Origin: Candidatus Saccharimonadota bacterium
GTDB lineage: Bacteria > Pseudomonadota > Gammaproteobacteria > Enterobacterales > Enterobacteriaceae
Assembly: GCF_964059045.1 (NCBI RefSeq)
Contig: NZ_OZ060402.1
Coordinates: forward strand, 60,001-92,000
Direction: 5' to 3'
DNA: 32,000 nt
Positions 20,258 to 30,525 of the stretch are shown here, one piece after another (position 1 is the stretch's first letter; each line of letters starts with the position of its first letter). Made by a program: the position numbers and the translations under genes. The notes under the pieces were generated by a model that had not been told where the DNA came from, did no database searches, and saw nothing but the letters and a program-made list of their open reading frames with translations.

Positions 20258-21024
20258 TGTTAACGGTTAATAGTATTGATTTTTTTTATTTTTTAAATAA
20301 TATTTTACTTCCTTCTATACGGATTTTATCATTATTTTATACTGCTCCTATATTTAGTGAAAATTGTATTTCATATAAGATAAAAATATTTTTATCTATT
20401 ATAATTAGTTTTTTAATTTTTCCTTTTTTACCTGAATCACATATAAATTTTTTTTCTTATCATTATTGTTTAATTTTTATTCAACAAATTATTATTGGGG
20501 GTTTTTTAGGATTTATCATCAAAATTGTTTTTTCATCTGTTAATATGGCAGGAGAAATTATTTCGGCTTTAATAGGTTTATCTTTTTCTAATTATTTTGA
20601 TATCAATAGTCGTAATAATTTATCTTCTATTTCTAGGTTTTTAAATATATTAATATTATTTATATTTTTAACTTTTAATGGTCATCTTTGGTTAATTTCT
20701 ATTTTATCTGATAGTTTCCATCAGATACCTATAGATCATTCTGTTTTTAATGTAAAAATATTTTTTATATTAGTTCAATTTTCTAGTCTATTATTTTTGA
20801 ATAGTTTAAAGTTAGCTTTGCCTGTTATTATTTTATTATTGATATTAAATTGTATTATGGCTTTTTTAAATCGAATTTCTCCTCAGATTTCAATTTTTTC
20901 TGTTGGTTTTCCTATTACTTTAGTTGTAGGTATATTTACTTTAAATGCATTAATTCCAATTTCTATATCTTTTTTTAAAGATATTTTTATTAATGTTCAA
21001 AATTTTTTATTTTATATTACGTGA
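20257..21024 (+). CDS. fliR: Flagellar type III export apparatus protein FliR
   Basis: 255-aa polytopic membrane ORF. Its start overlaps the fliQ stop (TAATG). Position and size match FliR (E. coli 261 aa). Confidence 0.85.
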   Translation: MLTVNSIDFFYFLNNILLPSIRILSLFYTAPIFSENCISYKIKIFLSIIISFLIFPFLPESHINFFSYHYCLIFIQQIIIGGFLGFIIKIVFSSVNMAGEIISALIGLSFSNYFDINSRNNLSSISRFLNILILFIFLTFNGHLWLISILSDSFHQIPIDHSVFNVKIFFILVQFSSLLFLNSLKLALPVIILLLILNCIMAFLNRISPQISIFSVGFPITLVVGIFTLNALIPISISFFKDIFINVQNFLFYIT

Positions 21025-21090
21025 TTGATTTTTTTAGATATTTTATAATAATAATGTTTTATTTTAAAAATATAATTTTTTGTTTTTATT

Positions 21091-21130
21091 AATATAATTA
21101 ATTAATTATTAAATATAATTAATTAATTAT
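21091..21130. repeat. Two tandem copies (21-bp period) of aatATAATTAATTAATTAT, each with a self-complementary 16-mer core, between convergent fliR and rpmG
   Basis: Copies at 21091-21109 and 21112-21130 are identical. The core ataattaattaattat equals its own reverse complement. Confidence 0.6.
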
Positions 21131-21150
21131 ATTAATTGTTTATAATAATG

Positions 21151-21318
21151 TTATTTTATTTTTTTTTCTTTATATAAAATATGTTTTTGAATAATAGGAT
21201 CGTATTTTTTTAATTCTAATTTTGTTGATTTGTTTTTTTTATTTTTAGTAGTCGTGTAATAATGTTTACTTCCTGAAGTAGAAAATAATTTTATTTTTTC
21301 TCTAGAACTTTTTGCCAT
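21151..21318 (-). CDS. rpmG: 50S ribosomal protein L33 (absent from the supplied ORF track because it is only 55 aa)
   Basis: Hand translation of the minus strand from the ATG at 21318 gives [55 protein letters not shown]. This aligns with E. coli L33 ([55 protein letters not shown]). It begins 10 nt after the rpmB stop. Confidence 0.93.
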   Translation of the reverse strand: MAKSSREKIKLFSTSGSKHYYTTTKNKKNKSTKLELKKYDPIIQKHILYKEKKIK

Positions 21319-21327
21319 TTTTGTCTC

Positions 21328-21573
21328 TTATAGTAATTTGTTTTTTTTATTTTTAATAAAAGATTTTTTTAATGTTTCTTGGATTCCATTTTTATCTATG
21401 ATTCTCATACCTTTAGCTGAAATATTTAATTTGATAAATTTTTTTTCTTCAGGTATCCAAAATTTATGATTATGTAAATTTAAGAAAAAACGTCTTTTAG
21501 TTGCGTTCATAGCATGTGATCTATGGTTTCCTACCATGGGTTTTTTAAAAGTTATATCACATATTTTAGCCAT
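21328..21573 (-). CDS. rpmB: 50S ribosomal protein L28
   Basis: 81-aa ORF. ...[25 protein letters not shown]...[13 protein letters not shown] matches E. coli L28. Confidence 0.95.
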   Translation of the reverse strand: MAKICDITFKKPMVGNHRSHAMNATKRRFFLNLHNHKFWIPEEKKFIKLNISAKGMRIIDKNGIQETLKKSFIKNKKNKLL

Positions 21574-22071
21574 TTTTATATTTTCCTACATGAATTAATT
21601 TTTTATATAAAATTTTTTATTGTTAAATAATATCATTATAAATAAAAATATTTTTATAATTTGAAATCATATATCATATAATGAATATTGTTAATTATTT
21701 ATATCATCTTAAAATAAATATATTTTTTTATAATTTCAAAATATTTTTGATCTTATTTTTTTTAAAAATATTAAAATAAATATTTTATATATATATAATA
21801 TTTTTGAATTAAAAAAAATTAATATATATATTATATTTTTAATATAAAGATAAAAATATTAATTTTTTTATAATTATTTTTTAGATATTTGAATTATTTT
21901 ACAGTGATTTTATTTATATAGCTATGTTATAAAAAATTATATTTAATTGATTACAATTAATAAAAATATTTTATTAAAAAATAATTTTAAATTAAAAATA
22001 ATTATGAACTTTAAAAATTTTTTTTAGTATTATTAGTATAAAATATTATTGTTATTTAAATATGAATATTA

Positions 22072-22608
22072 TTATTTTTTTATTTTTTCATATCTTTTTA
22101 TTGAATTTTTTATTTCCAAAATTGCATTTTTTTTATTTTGCCATTCAATAATTTTAACCCATTTATTTTTTTCTAAATTTTTATAATTTTCAAAAAAATT
22201 TTGAATTTGATTTTTTAATAATATAGGAAAATCTATTATGTCTTGTATAGAATTATATTCTTGGGAAATATTATTATGAGGAACTGCTATAATTTTAGAA
22301 TCGTCACCAGATTCATCTTGCATCATTAATATCCCTACAGGACGACATTGAATAACGGATGGGGCTAATAATGGATATGGAGTAGGAATTAATATATCTA
22401 GTGGGTCTCCATCTAAAGATTGTGTATTATTAATATAACCGTAATTACATGGATAGATCATAGCACTAGATATAAATCTATCTACAAATAATTCGTTATA
22501 AGTTTTGTTCATTTCATATTTAATTGGATTAGAAAATGCTGATATTTCAATAATAGCATATATATCTTCAGGAAAATTATTTCCAACAGGTATTTTTTTA
22601 AAAGACAT
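22072..22608 (-). CDS. ppa: Inorganic pyrophosphatase
   Basis: 178-aa ORF. ...YAIIEI...PIKYE......DRF....M.YP.NYGYI.NT.S.DGDP.D.L....YPL.P.....CRPVG.L.M.DE.G.D.K..AVP matches E. coli Ppa (176 aa). Confidence 0.95.
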   Translation of the reverse strand: MSFKKIPVGNNFPEDIYAIIEISAFSNPIKYEMNKTYNELFVDRFISSAMIYPCNYGYINNTQSLDGDPLDILIPTPYPLLAPSVIQCRPVGILMMQDESGDDSKIIAVPHNNISQEYNSIQDIIDFPILLKNQIQNFFENYKNLEKNKWVKIIEWQNKKNAILEIKNSIKRYEKIKK

Positions 22609-22928
22609 AATTAGTCCATGGTTTGAATTTATTAAAATATATATTATGTTAATGTTTTTGTAAATATAATTTTTATGATTGTTGCTAAAGTAATATTATT
22701 TTTTTATTAAAATGAATACAAATAAAATATTTTTATATTTATTTAATTATTTTTATTGATTTATGATACAATTATTCATAATATTAACTAATTTAAATAA
22801 AATTAAATTTAATATTTAATTTATTTTTATTATTTATTAATAGATTTTATAAAATAATACTAAGAATTATGTTTTATTTTCATATTTTTAAAAATAATAT
22901 ATTTTAAAAATTAATCTAGGAATAATAT

Positions 22929-24293
22929 ATGGAAATATATAGAAATAATATTTTATCAGAAACTATATTAAAGGAATTAGTTTCATATGCTTTAGAATTA
23001 ATAAAAAGTTATAATAAAAATTATTTATGTTTTGTTTCTATTCATCAGAATAATGGAATTAATATTACAGTGAGATCCGGTTTATTAGAATATTTAGAAT
23101 TTAATAATGATTTAATTTTATCTATTACAGTATATCATAATTATAAAAAAAGTACTGTTTCTTCTAGTGATCTTAGTTTGCATTCAGTAAAATTAACTAT
23201 TGAAAAAGCGGTAGAATTAGTAAAATATACTTCTGAAGATGATTGTCATATTTTACCAGATATAAATCTAATAGCTACCGATCATCATGATTTACAATTA
23301 TATTATCCATGTACAATCAATATAGCAGATGTTATTTTTTATACTAAAAATTTAGAAAAAATAGCTTTAAAACAAGATAATCGTATTATAAATTCTGAAG
23401 GTGCTTCTTTTTGTAGTCATATTCATACAATAGTTTTAGGAAATAATTATGGATTATTCAATTCTTATAAACATAGTATACATTCTCTATCTGTTTCTGT
23501 CATTGCACAAGATAAAAAAAATACAAATGTAATGGAAAGAGATTATTGTTATACGACTGCAAGAGAATTTAATGATTTAAAAGATATTAAAATTGTAGGA
23601 AAGATGGCATCAGAACGAGCAATATCTCGATTAAATGCACAAAAAATATTAACTAAAAAAGTTCCTATTTTATTTTCTTCAGAATTATCTTCTAGTTTTT
23701 TTTCACATTTTATTTATTCCATTACAGGTTCTAATATACATCGTCAAAATACTTGTTTATTAAATTGTTTGGGTAAAAAAATCTTTCCTTCTTGGTTAAA
23801 TATTGTTGATAATCCTCATATTAATAAAGGTCTCGGTTCTAAACCGTTTGATTTTGAAGGAGTAAAAACTAAAAAATATAATATTATCAAAGATGGAATA
23901 TTAAAAACTTGGTTGCTGGATACTTATTTTTCTAAGAAATTGAATCTTTATAGTACAGGACATTCTGGAGGGATTCATAATTGGATTATATCAGGTGCTC
24001 GTCAATCAATATTTTCTTTAAAAGCATTGTTAAAATTCATGTATCGCGGTGTATATATTACAGAACTGATGGGTGATGGAGTGAATTTAATTACAGGAGA
24101 TTATTCTAGAGGAGCTGTTGGTTTTTGGGTTGAAAATGGAAGTATTCAATATCCTATTAGTGAAATTACTATCTCTAGTAATTTAAAAGATATGTGGAAA
24201 AATATTATTGCAATTGGTACTGATAGTGATCTTGATAAACAAATAAGATGTGGATCTATTTTATTATCAGAAATACAGGTTTCTGGTAAATAA
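22929..24293 (+). CDS. pmbA: Metalloprotease PmbA (TldE)
   Basis: 454-aa ORF. ...MERDYCYT..., GIHNWIISG, ITGDYSRGAVGFWVENGSIQYPISEITISSNLKDMWKNI match E. coli PmbA (450 aa). Confidence 0.93.
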   Translation: MEIYRNNILSETILKELVSYALELIKSYNKNYLCFVSIHQNNGINITVRSGLLEYLEFNNDLILSITVYHNYKKSTVSSSDLSLHSVKLTIEKAVELVKYTSEDDCHILPDINLIATDHHDLQLYYPCTINIADVIFYTKNLEKIALKQDNRIINSEGASFCSHIHTIVLGNNYGLFNSYKHSIHSLSVSVIAQDKKNTNVMERDYCYTTAREFNDLKDIKIVGKMASERAISRLNAQKILTKKVPILFSSELSSSFFSHFIYSITGSNIHRQNTCLLNCLGKKIFPSWLNIVDNPHINKGLGSKPFDFEGVKTKKYNIIKDGILKTWLLDTYFSKKLNLYSTGHSGGIHNWIISGARQSIFSLKALLKFMYRGVYITELMGDGVNLITGDYSRGAVGFWVENGSIQYPISEITISSNLKDMWKNIIAIGTDSDLDKQIRCGSILLSEIQVSGK

Positions 24294-24339
24294 CAATTGT
24301 TATTAATTTATAATTAAATAAAATAGTAAAAAATATCAT

Positions 24340-24707
24340 ATATATTCAGTTAACTTATAAGCCGGGTTCTGTATTTGATAGTCATTTATCTAGATTAATA
24401 ATCACTTATTAATTCAAGCGGCCTACCCAGATTTAGTGCGGGATACACAATATATTAATCTTTATTTGGCTTTGCTCCAGGTGGAGTTTACCTTGCCGAA
24501 TACTATTACTAGATTCGCGGTGTGCTTTTACCACGCCTTTTCACCCTTACCAATTTTTTATATATAAAATATTTTTATTGGCGGTATTTTTTCTGTGGCA
24601 CTAGTCGTAAAATATTTCCCAGATGTTATCTGGCACCTTACCCTATGGAGCCCGGACTTTCCTCTACTGTTATTAATAACACAGCAGCGACTATCTAGTT
24701 AACTGAT
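24340..24707 (-). ncRNA. rnpB: RNase P RNA (M1 RNA, bacterial type A); ends are approximate (+/- 5 nt)
   Basis: The reverse complement contains GAGGAAAGTCCGGGCTCCATAGGGTAAGGTGCCAG, GGTAAGGGTGAAAAGG, GGTAAACTCCACCTGGAGCAAAGCCAAATA and ACAGAACCCGGCTTAT. These are collinear with the universally conserved blocks of E. coli rnpB. P1 pairing is CAGTTAAC/GTTAACTG. Confidence 0.95.
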
Positions 24708-24729
24708 TATTTATAAATATATATCATTA

Positions 24730-25604
24730 TTATTTATTTTTGTCATCTATTAATTTATTTATTGCATATTTATATAATAATTTGTTTTTTATATTGTGTA
24801 TTTTTGAAGTTAATAATACTGCTTGTTTAAGTGGTAATATTTTTTTTAATAGAATTAAAGTATTAATATGTTTTTCTTTAATATTATCTAATTTTGTTTT
24901 TTTATAACCGTTAATTAAAATAACCATTTCTCCTTTACAACTATTTTTATTTTCTTTTAAAAAATTTAATATATTTAATGATGTATTATAATAAATTGAT
25001 TCCCAATATTTAGTTAATTCTCTAGCAATGGTAATATTTCTATTTTCTCCTATTTCATCTACAATATCTGTTACAGATTCAATAATTCTATGAGATGATT
25101 CAAAAAAAATTGTAGTTCTTAATTCTTTTGAAGTTTTTTTTAATAAAGTTTTTCTAGCATTTTTTTTTGAAGGAAGAAATCCTTCAAAACAAAATTTATT
25201 TGCTGGTAATCCTGAAGCAATAAGAGCAGTAATTATTGCACATGCTCCAGGTAATGGTATTACTTGAATATTTTGTTTGTGACATTGTTGTACTAAATAA
25301 AAACCTGGATCATTTATAATAGGTGTTCCAGCATTAGAAACTAAAGCGATATTTTGACCTTGTTTGATTTTTTCTATTAAATATATTGTTTTTTTGATTT
25401 CATTGTGTTGATGCAGAGATGTTAAAGAATTTTTTATATTAAATTTTTTAAGTAATTGGTAAGTATGTATGGTGTTTTCTGATGCAATAATGTCTACTTG
25501 ATTTAATATTTTTAAAGCACGATGAGTAATATCTAATAAATTTCCAATAGGTGTTGGTATAATATATAAACATCCAATTTTTTTTTTATATTTAAAATAT
25601 GCAT
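24730..25604 (-). pseudogene. rsmI: 16S rRNA (cytidine1402-2'-O)-methyltransferase RsmI, with its ATG one frame away from the body across an A10 tract. It is either a pseudogene, a slippage-rescued gene, or a gene with a non-canonical ATT start at 25578.
   Basis: The minus-strand frame is open from 25608 to the stop at 24730. It encodes IGCLYIIPTPIGNLLDITHRALKIL...NIALVSNAGTPIINDPGF...IPLPGACAIITALIASGLP...FCFEGFLPSKK...IFFESSHRI...ARELTKYWE...CKGEMVIL..., collinear with E. coli RsmI. The first ATG/GTG/TTG in that frame is at 24927 (the 65-aa ORF in the track). An ATG at 25604 (MHILNIKKK) is in another frame and joins the body if the A10 run (25578-25587) is read as A11. Confidence 0.85.
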
Positions 25605-25889
25605 TTTTTTATTTTTTCTTTTTATATGTTATTTATATAAAATATTTATATAAAATTTTTTTATTATATTGCATTTTATCCAAATTATAACAAAAAAAAT
25701 AATTATTTTTTTTATTTTTATTAGTACAAAAATATTTTTTTATTTATATATTATGAATAAAATAATTTTATATTGAATATATATCTTTAATGATACATAT
25801 CATAAAATTCTTATAGATATAAAATATTAAAGATTATTATCAAATATTTTTATTTTAAATATAATTATTTTTATTATCAAGAGGTATTT

Positions 25890-27110
25890 GTGAAGCGTGT
25901 TGTAATTACAGGAATAGGTATCATATCTAGTATCGGCAATAATAAAAATGAAGTTTTAAAATCACTGAAATTAGGTCAATCCGGTGTTGTATTATTGAAT
26001 GAAATGCGATTAGCAGGAATGCGTAGTCATGTATGTGGTAAGGTATTTTTAAATGATACAATTGATTTAGATAGAAAAATTATAAGATTTATGAATCAAT
26101 CATCTATATATGCATATTCAGCTGTTATGCAAGCTATTAAAGATTCTTTAATGACTCAAAATATATATGAATACAACCCCCGTGTAGGTATTATAGTTGG
26201 TTCTAGTATTAGTCCTCCCAAAATACATGTTCTTGCATTAGATGCGTTAAGAAAAAAAAAACGAGTGCAATCTATTAGTCCTTATTCTGTAATTAAGTCA
26301 ATGTCTTCAAGTATTTCTGCTTGTTTATCAACAATATTAAAAATTTATGGAGTTAGTTATTCTATTAGTTCAGCATGTGCAACATCTGCGCATTGTATTG
26401 GAAATGCTGTAGAATTAATACAATTAGGCAAGCAAGATATTATTTTTGCTGGAGGTGCTGAAGAATTTAGTTGGGAGTTAGCATGTGAATTTGATGCAAT
26501 GGGAGTTTTATCAACTAAATATAATTTTTGTCCAACAAGAGCATCTCGTCCATTTGATGTATGTCGAGATGGTTTTGTGATATCTGAAGGAGCAGGTATA
26601 TTAGTTTTAGAAGAATTAAATCATGCAAGATTACGTGAAGTGCCTATTTATGCTGAGATAATTGGTTATGGTGCTACTTCGAATGGATATAATATAGTTG
26701 ATTCTAAAGAACTAGGTGTTGTTAGAGCAATGTATGAATCATTAAAGTTTATTAATATTAACAAGATAGATTATTTAAATGTACATGCAACTTCTACAAG
26801 AAATGGTGATATTCAAGAATTAAATGCTATTTGTAGGATTTTTGCAAATGATCATATGCCTTATATTTCTGCTACTAAATCTATAACTGGACATGCATTA
26901 GGTGCTGCAGGAGCATTAGAAGCTATTTATACTTTATTAATGTTAAAAAATAATTTTATAGCTCCTAGTATAAATATTAATAATTTAGATTTTTTCAATA
27001 AAAAATTAAAAATTGTAACTAAAATGATAAAAAAAAATATTTCTATTGCTATGTCAAATAGTTTAGGTTTTGGTGGTGTAAATGTTAGTTTAGTTTTTAA
27101 GAAATTTTAA
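25890..27110 (+). CDS. fabB: 3-oxoacyl-ACP synthase I (KAS I), GTG start
   Basis: 406-aa ORF. MKRVVITGIGIISSIGNN..., YSISSACATSAHCIGNAVE (active-site Cys), HATST and GHALGAAG motifs. Collinear with E. coli FabB (406 aa). GAGG SD lies 5 nt before the GTG. Confidence 0.95.
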   Translation: MKRVVITGIGIISSIGNNKNEVLKSLKLGQSGVVLLNEMRLAGMRSHVCGKVFLNDTIDLDRKIIRFMNQSSIYAYSAVMQAIKDSLMTQNIYEYNPRVGIIVGSSISPPKIHVLALDALRKKKRVQSISPYSVIKSMSSSISACLSTILKIYGVSYSISSACATSAHCIGNAVELIQLGKQDIIFAGGAEEFSWELACEFDAMGVLSTKYNFCPTRASRPFDVCRDGFVISEGAGILVLEELNHARLREVPIYAEIIGYGATSNGYNIVDSKELGVVRAMYESLKFININKIDYLNVHATSTRNGDIQELNAICRIFANDHMPYISATKSITGHALGAAGALEAIYTLLMLKNNFIAPSININNLDFFNKKLKIVTKMIKKNISIAMSNSLGFGGVNVSLVFKKF

Positions 27111-27180
27111 TTTTTATTTTTAATAAAAAGTATTTTGTATATAAAAATTAATTTTTTAAAATATTTATTGCAATATATTA

Positions 27181-27207
27181 TTTTATATAAATTGGATTTA
27201 TATAAAA
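27181..27207 (+). terminator. 12-bp perfect AT-only hairpin after fabB
   Basis: ttttatataaat (27181-27192), loop tgg, atttatataaaa (27196-27207). It lies 70 nt past the fabB stop and is followed by atattttt. Confidence 0.3.
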
Positions 27208-27378
27208 ATATTTTTATTGATTATATATATTTATTTTAGTTTTTATTTTTTTTTAAAAAATAAATTTTTTGATATAGTTTGAGTGATTTTTAAATGACAT
27301 AGTTTATATATTTTAAATTATTATTAATATTTTTAAATATATAAATATTTTAATTTTAATTTTTATATGGTAATAGAT

Positions 27379-28335
27379 ATGAATCAATTAGAATCTTTAA
27401 AAAAATTTTCGAAAATAGTTGTTGATAGTGGTGATATGGAATATATAGAAAAATATCTTCCAGAAGATGTAACAACTAATCCTTCGTTAATTTTAAAGTA
27501 TTGGAATTTAGACATTTATAATAATGTATTTAAAAATGCGATTATTTATTCCAAAAAAAAAGGAGGAAATATTCAAAATAAAATTAATAATGCCACTAAC
27601 AAAATTGCTGTTGGAATGGGTGTTCAAATATTAAAAAAAATTTCTGGTTTTGTTTCTACAGAAATTAATGTTAAACATTCATTTAATTCAATGAATTGTA
27701 TTATCGAAGCAAAAAAAATAATCAAAATGTATGAAGAAGAAGGTATTGATAGATCAAGAGTGTTAATTAAGTTAGCTTCTACTTGGGAATGTATTAAAGC
27801 TGCAGAAGAATTAGAAAAAATTGGTATTAAATGTAATTTAACATTATTATTTTCTTTAGTTCAAGCTCAAGCTTGTGCAGAAGCTGATGTATTTTTAATT
27901 TCACCTTTTATCGGCAGAATTTATGATTGGTATCAAGTACATTATCCTAGTCAAAATTATAATGTGAATACTGATCCAGGAGTCTTATCTGTTAAAAAAA
28001 TTTTTAATTATTTAAAAACATATGGTTACAAAACTATAATTATGGGTGCTAGTTTTCGTAATATACAACAAATTATAGCATTATCAGGTTGTGATCAGTT
28101 AACTATTTCTCCTATTTTATTAGAAGAATTAAAATTTTATACAGGATCTATAGATAAAAAATTAATAGCTCCTGTTAATATAAAACAAAATAAACCAGAA
28201 AAATTATCTGAATCAGAATTCCGTTGGAAATACAATTTAGATAGAATGGCAGTTGAAACTTTATCAGATGGTATTCGAAAGTTTGGATGTGATCAAGATA
28301 ATTTAGAAAAACTAATTTCCCCTTATTTAATATAA
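27379..28335 (+). CDS. talA: Transaldolase (the ORF track start at 27367 is 4 codons longer)
   Basis: MNQLESLKKFSKIVVDSGD aligns with the E. coli TalA N-terminus MNELDGIKQFTTVVADSGD. ...TTNPSL..., ILIKLASTWE (Schiff-base Lys context), FLISPFIGRIYDWY. Gives 318 aa from 27379. Confidence 0.93.
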   Translation: MNQLESLKKFSKIVVDSGDMEYIEKYLPEDVTTNPSLILKYWNLDIYNNVFKNAIIYSKKKGGNIQNKINNATNKIAVGMGVQILKKISGFVSTEINVKHSFNSMNCIIEAKKIIKMYEEEGIDRSRVLIKLASTWECIKAAEELEKIGIKCNLTLLFSLVQAQACAEADVFLISPFIGRIYDWYQVHYPSQNYNVNTDPGVLSVKKIFNYLKTYGYKTIIMGASFRNIQQIIALSGCDQLTISPILLEELKFYTGSIDKKLIAPVNIKQNKPEKLSESEFRWKYNLDRMAVETLSDGIRKFGCDQDNLEKLISPYLI

Positions 28336-28345
28336 CAAAAATCAT

Positions 28346-28362
28346 TATTTTTAATAAAAATA
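28346..28362 (+). terminator. Short AT-only palindrome 10 nt after the talA stop
   Basis: tatttttaataaaaata is self-complementary (7-bp stem, 3-nt loop). It is weak and could be chance in this base composition. Confidence 0.15.
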
Positions 28363-28438
28363 GCATGTATTGAAAACTATTAAATAAATATATTAATTAT
28401 AACTAATGCAGTTATATTACAATATTATTGGAGCAAAT

Positions 28439-30442
28439 ATGTTATCACGAAGAGATTTAGCTAATGCCATTCGTGTTCTCAGTATAGATTCAGTAGAAAA
28501 AGCTAATTCTGGTCATCCAGGAGCACCTATGGGAATGGCAGATATAGCAGAAGTTTTATGGAGAGATTTTTATCGGCATAACCCAAATAATCCAAATTGG
28601 ATAAATCGTGATAGATTTGTGTTGTCTAATGGTCATAGTTCTATTCTATTATATAGTATTTTGCATTTAACTGGTTATGATTTATCAATTAAAGATTTAA
28701 AGCAGTTTCGCCAGTTAAATTCAAAAACACCAGGACATCCAGAAAATATTTGTACAAATGGAGTAGATACAACCACTGGTCCTTTAGGACAAGGGTTAGG
28801 TGCTGCAGTTGGAATGGCTATTGCTGAACGTACATTAGGATCTATTTTTAATCGATTAAATTATAATATTATTGATCATTATACTTGGGTTTTTGTTGGA
28901 GATGGATGTTTAATGGAGGGGATTTCTCATGAAGTTTGTTCTTTAGCTGGTACTTTAGGTTTAGGAAAATTAATTGTTTTTTATGATAAAAATAATATAT
29001 CTATTGATGGAAATACTAAAAACTGGTTTACAGATAATACTGAAATGCGGTTTCAATCTTATAATTGGCATGTAGTTAATAATGTTGATGGACATAATTC
29101 AGAATCTATTATACAAGCGATAGAAGAATCAAAAAAAATATCTAATAAACCATCATTAATTATTTGTCATACAATAATCGGTTTTGGTTCTCCAAATAAA
29201 TCTGGAACTTGTCATGTTCATGGTTCTCCATTAGGTCAAAGCGAAGTAATTTTAACTAAAAAACAATTAAATTGTAATAGTGCTCCTTTTCAAATTGATA
29301 AAAAAATATATGATCAATGGGATGCTAGAAAAAGAGGTGAAAGAATAGAATTTGAATGGAATAAAAAATTTATTTCTTATTCAAAAAAATATCCTAAATT
29401 AGCACTGGAATATCAACGACGTATTCATAAATTATTACCTGAAAATTTTTCTTCTGAAATTGATAATTTTATTAATTCAATTATCAATCGTCCTGAAAAT
29501 ATAGCTACAAGAAAATCTTCTCAAAATACATTAGAAAGACTTGGCAGTTTATTACCAGAATTAATGGGAGGGTCAGCCGATTTAACTCCAAGCAATTTAA
29601 CGAATTGGTCTGGTTCTCAATCAATAAACAAAAATTTTTCAGGTAATTATATTCATTATGGTGTACGTGAATTTGGAATGACTGCTATTGCCAATGGTAT
29701 TGCTAACCATGGTGGGTTTATTCCTTATACTTCTACTTTTTTAATGTTTGTAGAATATGCTAAGAATGCAGTTAGAATGGCTGCTTTAATGAAAATAAGA
29801 CATATTTTTATCTATACTCATGATTCTATTGGTTTAGGAGAAGATGGACCAACTCATCAACCTATTGAACAATTAGCAAGTTTACGTTTAACTCCTAATT
29901 TAAGTGTATGGAGACCATGCGATTCAGTAGAAACTGTTATTGCCTGGAAATATGCTTTGGAAAGAGAGAATGGTCCTACAGCATTAATTTTGTCTCGTCA
30001 AAATTTAAAGCAATTAAATTATTCTAATATTAATATCAAAAATATTTTTCGTGGAGGTTATATAGTAAAAAAATCTATTGATCCTATTAATATAATTTTA
30101 ATTTCAACTGGATCAGAATTAGAACTATCTCTAAAAGTATTTGATAAATTAGAAATTTTAAAATATTCAGTTCAATTAATATCTATGCCATCTTGTGATG
30201 TATTTGATAAACAAGATGTATATTATAAAGATTTAGTTTTACCAAAAATTATTAAAAAACGTGTTGTTATTGAAGCTGGAGTAACCAATGGTTGGTATAA
30301 ATATATTGGTTTAAATGGTATTGCAATTGGTGTAAATAATTTTGGCGAATCTGCACCAGCTGAAAAATTATTTTTAAAATTTGGATTTACAGTTGATTCT
30401 ATAGTAAATAAAATACAAAAATTATTTTTTGATAAAAAATAA
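28439..30442 (+). CDS. tkt: Transketolase (the ORF track start at 28406 is 11 codons longer)
   Basis: [41 protein letters not shown] aligns with the E. coli TktA N-terminus [47 protein letters not shown] (28430-28433) lies 5 nt before the ATG at 28439. Collinear to the C-terminus. 667 aa versus 663 in E. coli. Confidence 0.95.
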   Translation: MLSRRDLANAIRVLSIDSVEKANSGHPGAPMGMADIAEVLWRDFYRHNPNNPNWINRDRFVLSNGHSSILLYSILHLTGYDLSIKDLKQFRQLNSKTPGHPENICTNGVDTTTGPLGQGLGAAVGMAIAERTLGSIFNRLNYNIIDHYTWVFVGDGCLMEGISHEVCSLAGTLGLGKLIVFYDKNNISIDGNTKNWFTDNTEMRFQSYNWHVVNNVDGHNSESIIQAIEESKKISNKPSLIICHTIIGFGSPNKSGTCHVHGSPLGQSEVILTKKQLNCNSAPFQIDKKIYDQWDARKRGERIEFEWNKKFISYSKKYPKLALEYQRRIHKLLPENFSSEIDNFINSIINRPENIATRKSSQNTLERLGSLLPELMGGSADLTPSNLTNWSGSQSINKNFSGNYIHYGVREFGMTAIANGIANHGGFIPYTSTFLMFVEYAKNAVRMAALMKIRHIFIYTHDSIGLGEDGPTHQPIEQLASLRLTPNLSVWRPCDSVETVIAWKYALERENGPTALILSRQNLKQLNYSNINIKNIFRGGYIVKKSIDPINIILISTGSELELSLKVFDKLEILKYSVQLISMPSCDVFDKQDVYYKDLVLPKIIKKRVVIEAGVTNGWYKYIGLNGIAIGVNNFGESAPAEKLFLKFGFTVDSIVNKIQKLFFDKK

Positions 30443-30469
30443 TAATTATTATTAAAGATATTTGTTTTA

Positions 30470-30525
30470 AATTTAAATTAAAATTCTTTGGGGTATTTTA
30501 TACCCCGATTATTTTAATTTAAATT
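30470..30525 (+). terminator. Composite rho-independent terminator after tkt: a GC-clamped inner stem nested in a 15-bp AT outer stem
   Basis: The inner stem ggggtat/atacccc (30490-30506, 3-nt loop) is flanked by aatttaaattaaaat (30470-30484) and its complement attttaatttaaatt (30511-25). This is one of the only G4/C4 pairings in any spacer of the window. Confidence 0.55.

Noticed and set aside
21091-21130. Tandem self-complementary AT repeats as a possible protein-binding or mobile-element end
   Set aside because: It is pure A/T and low-complexity (ATTA/TAAT periodicity). It lies between two convergent stops, so a terminator or slippage origin is simpler. There are no flanking direct repeats or transposase.
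21640-21750. Near-repeat tttttataatttgaaat / tttttataatttcaaaat in the rpmB-ppa spacer
   Set aside because: It is imperfect, short and A/T-only. I cannot distinguish it from compositional chance without statistics.
24730-24927. Stand-alone 65-aa ORF from the track
   Set aside because: It is not an independent gene. It is the C-terminal quarter of rsmI, and the same frame continues open and homologous upstream to 25608.
28175-28366. 63-aa minus-strand ORF across the talA 3' end
   Set aside because: It is antisense to talA and has no SD or motif.
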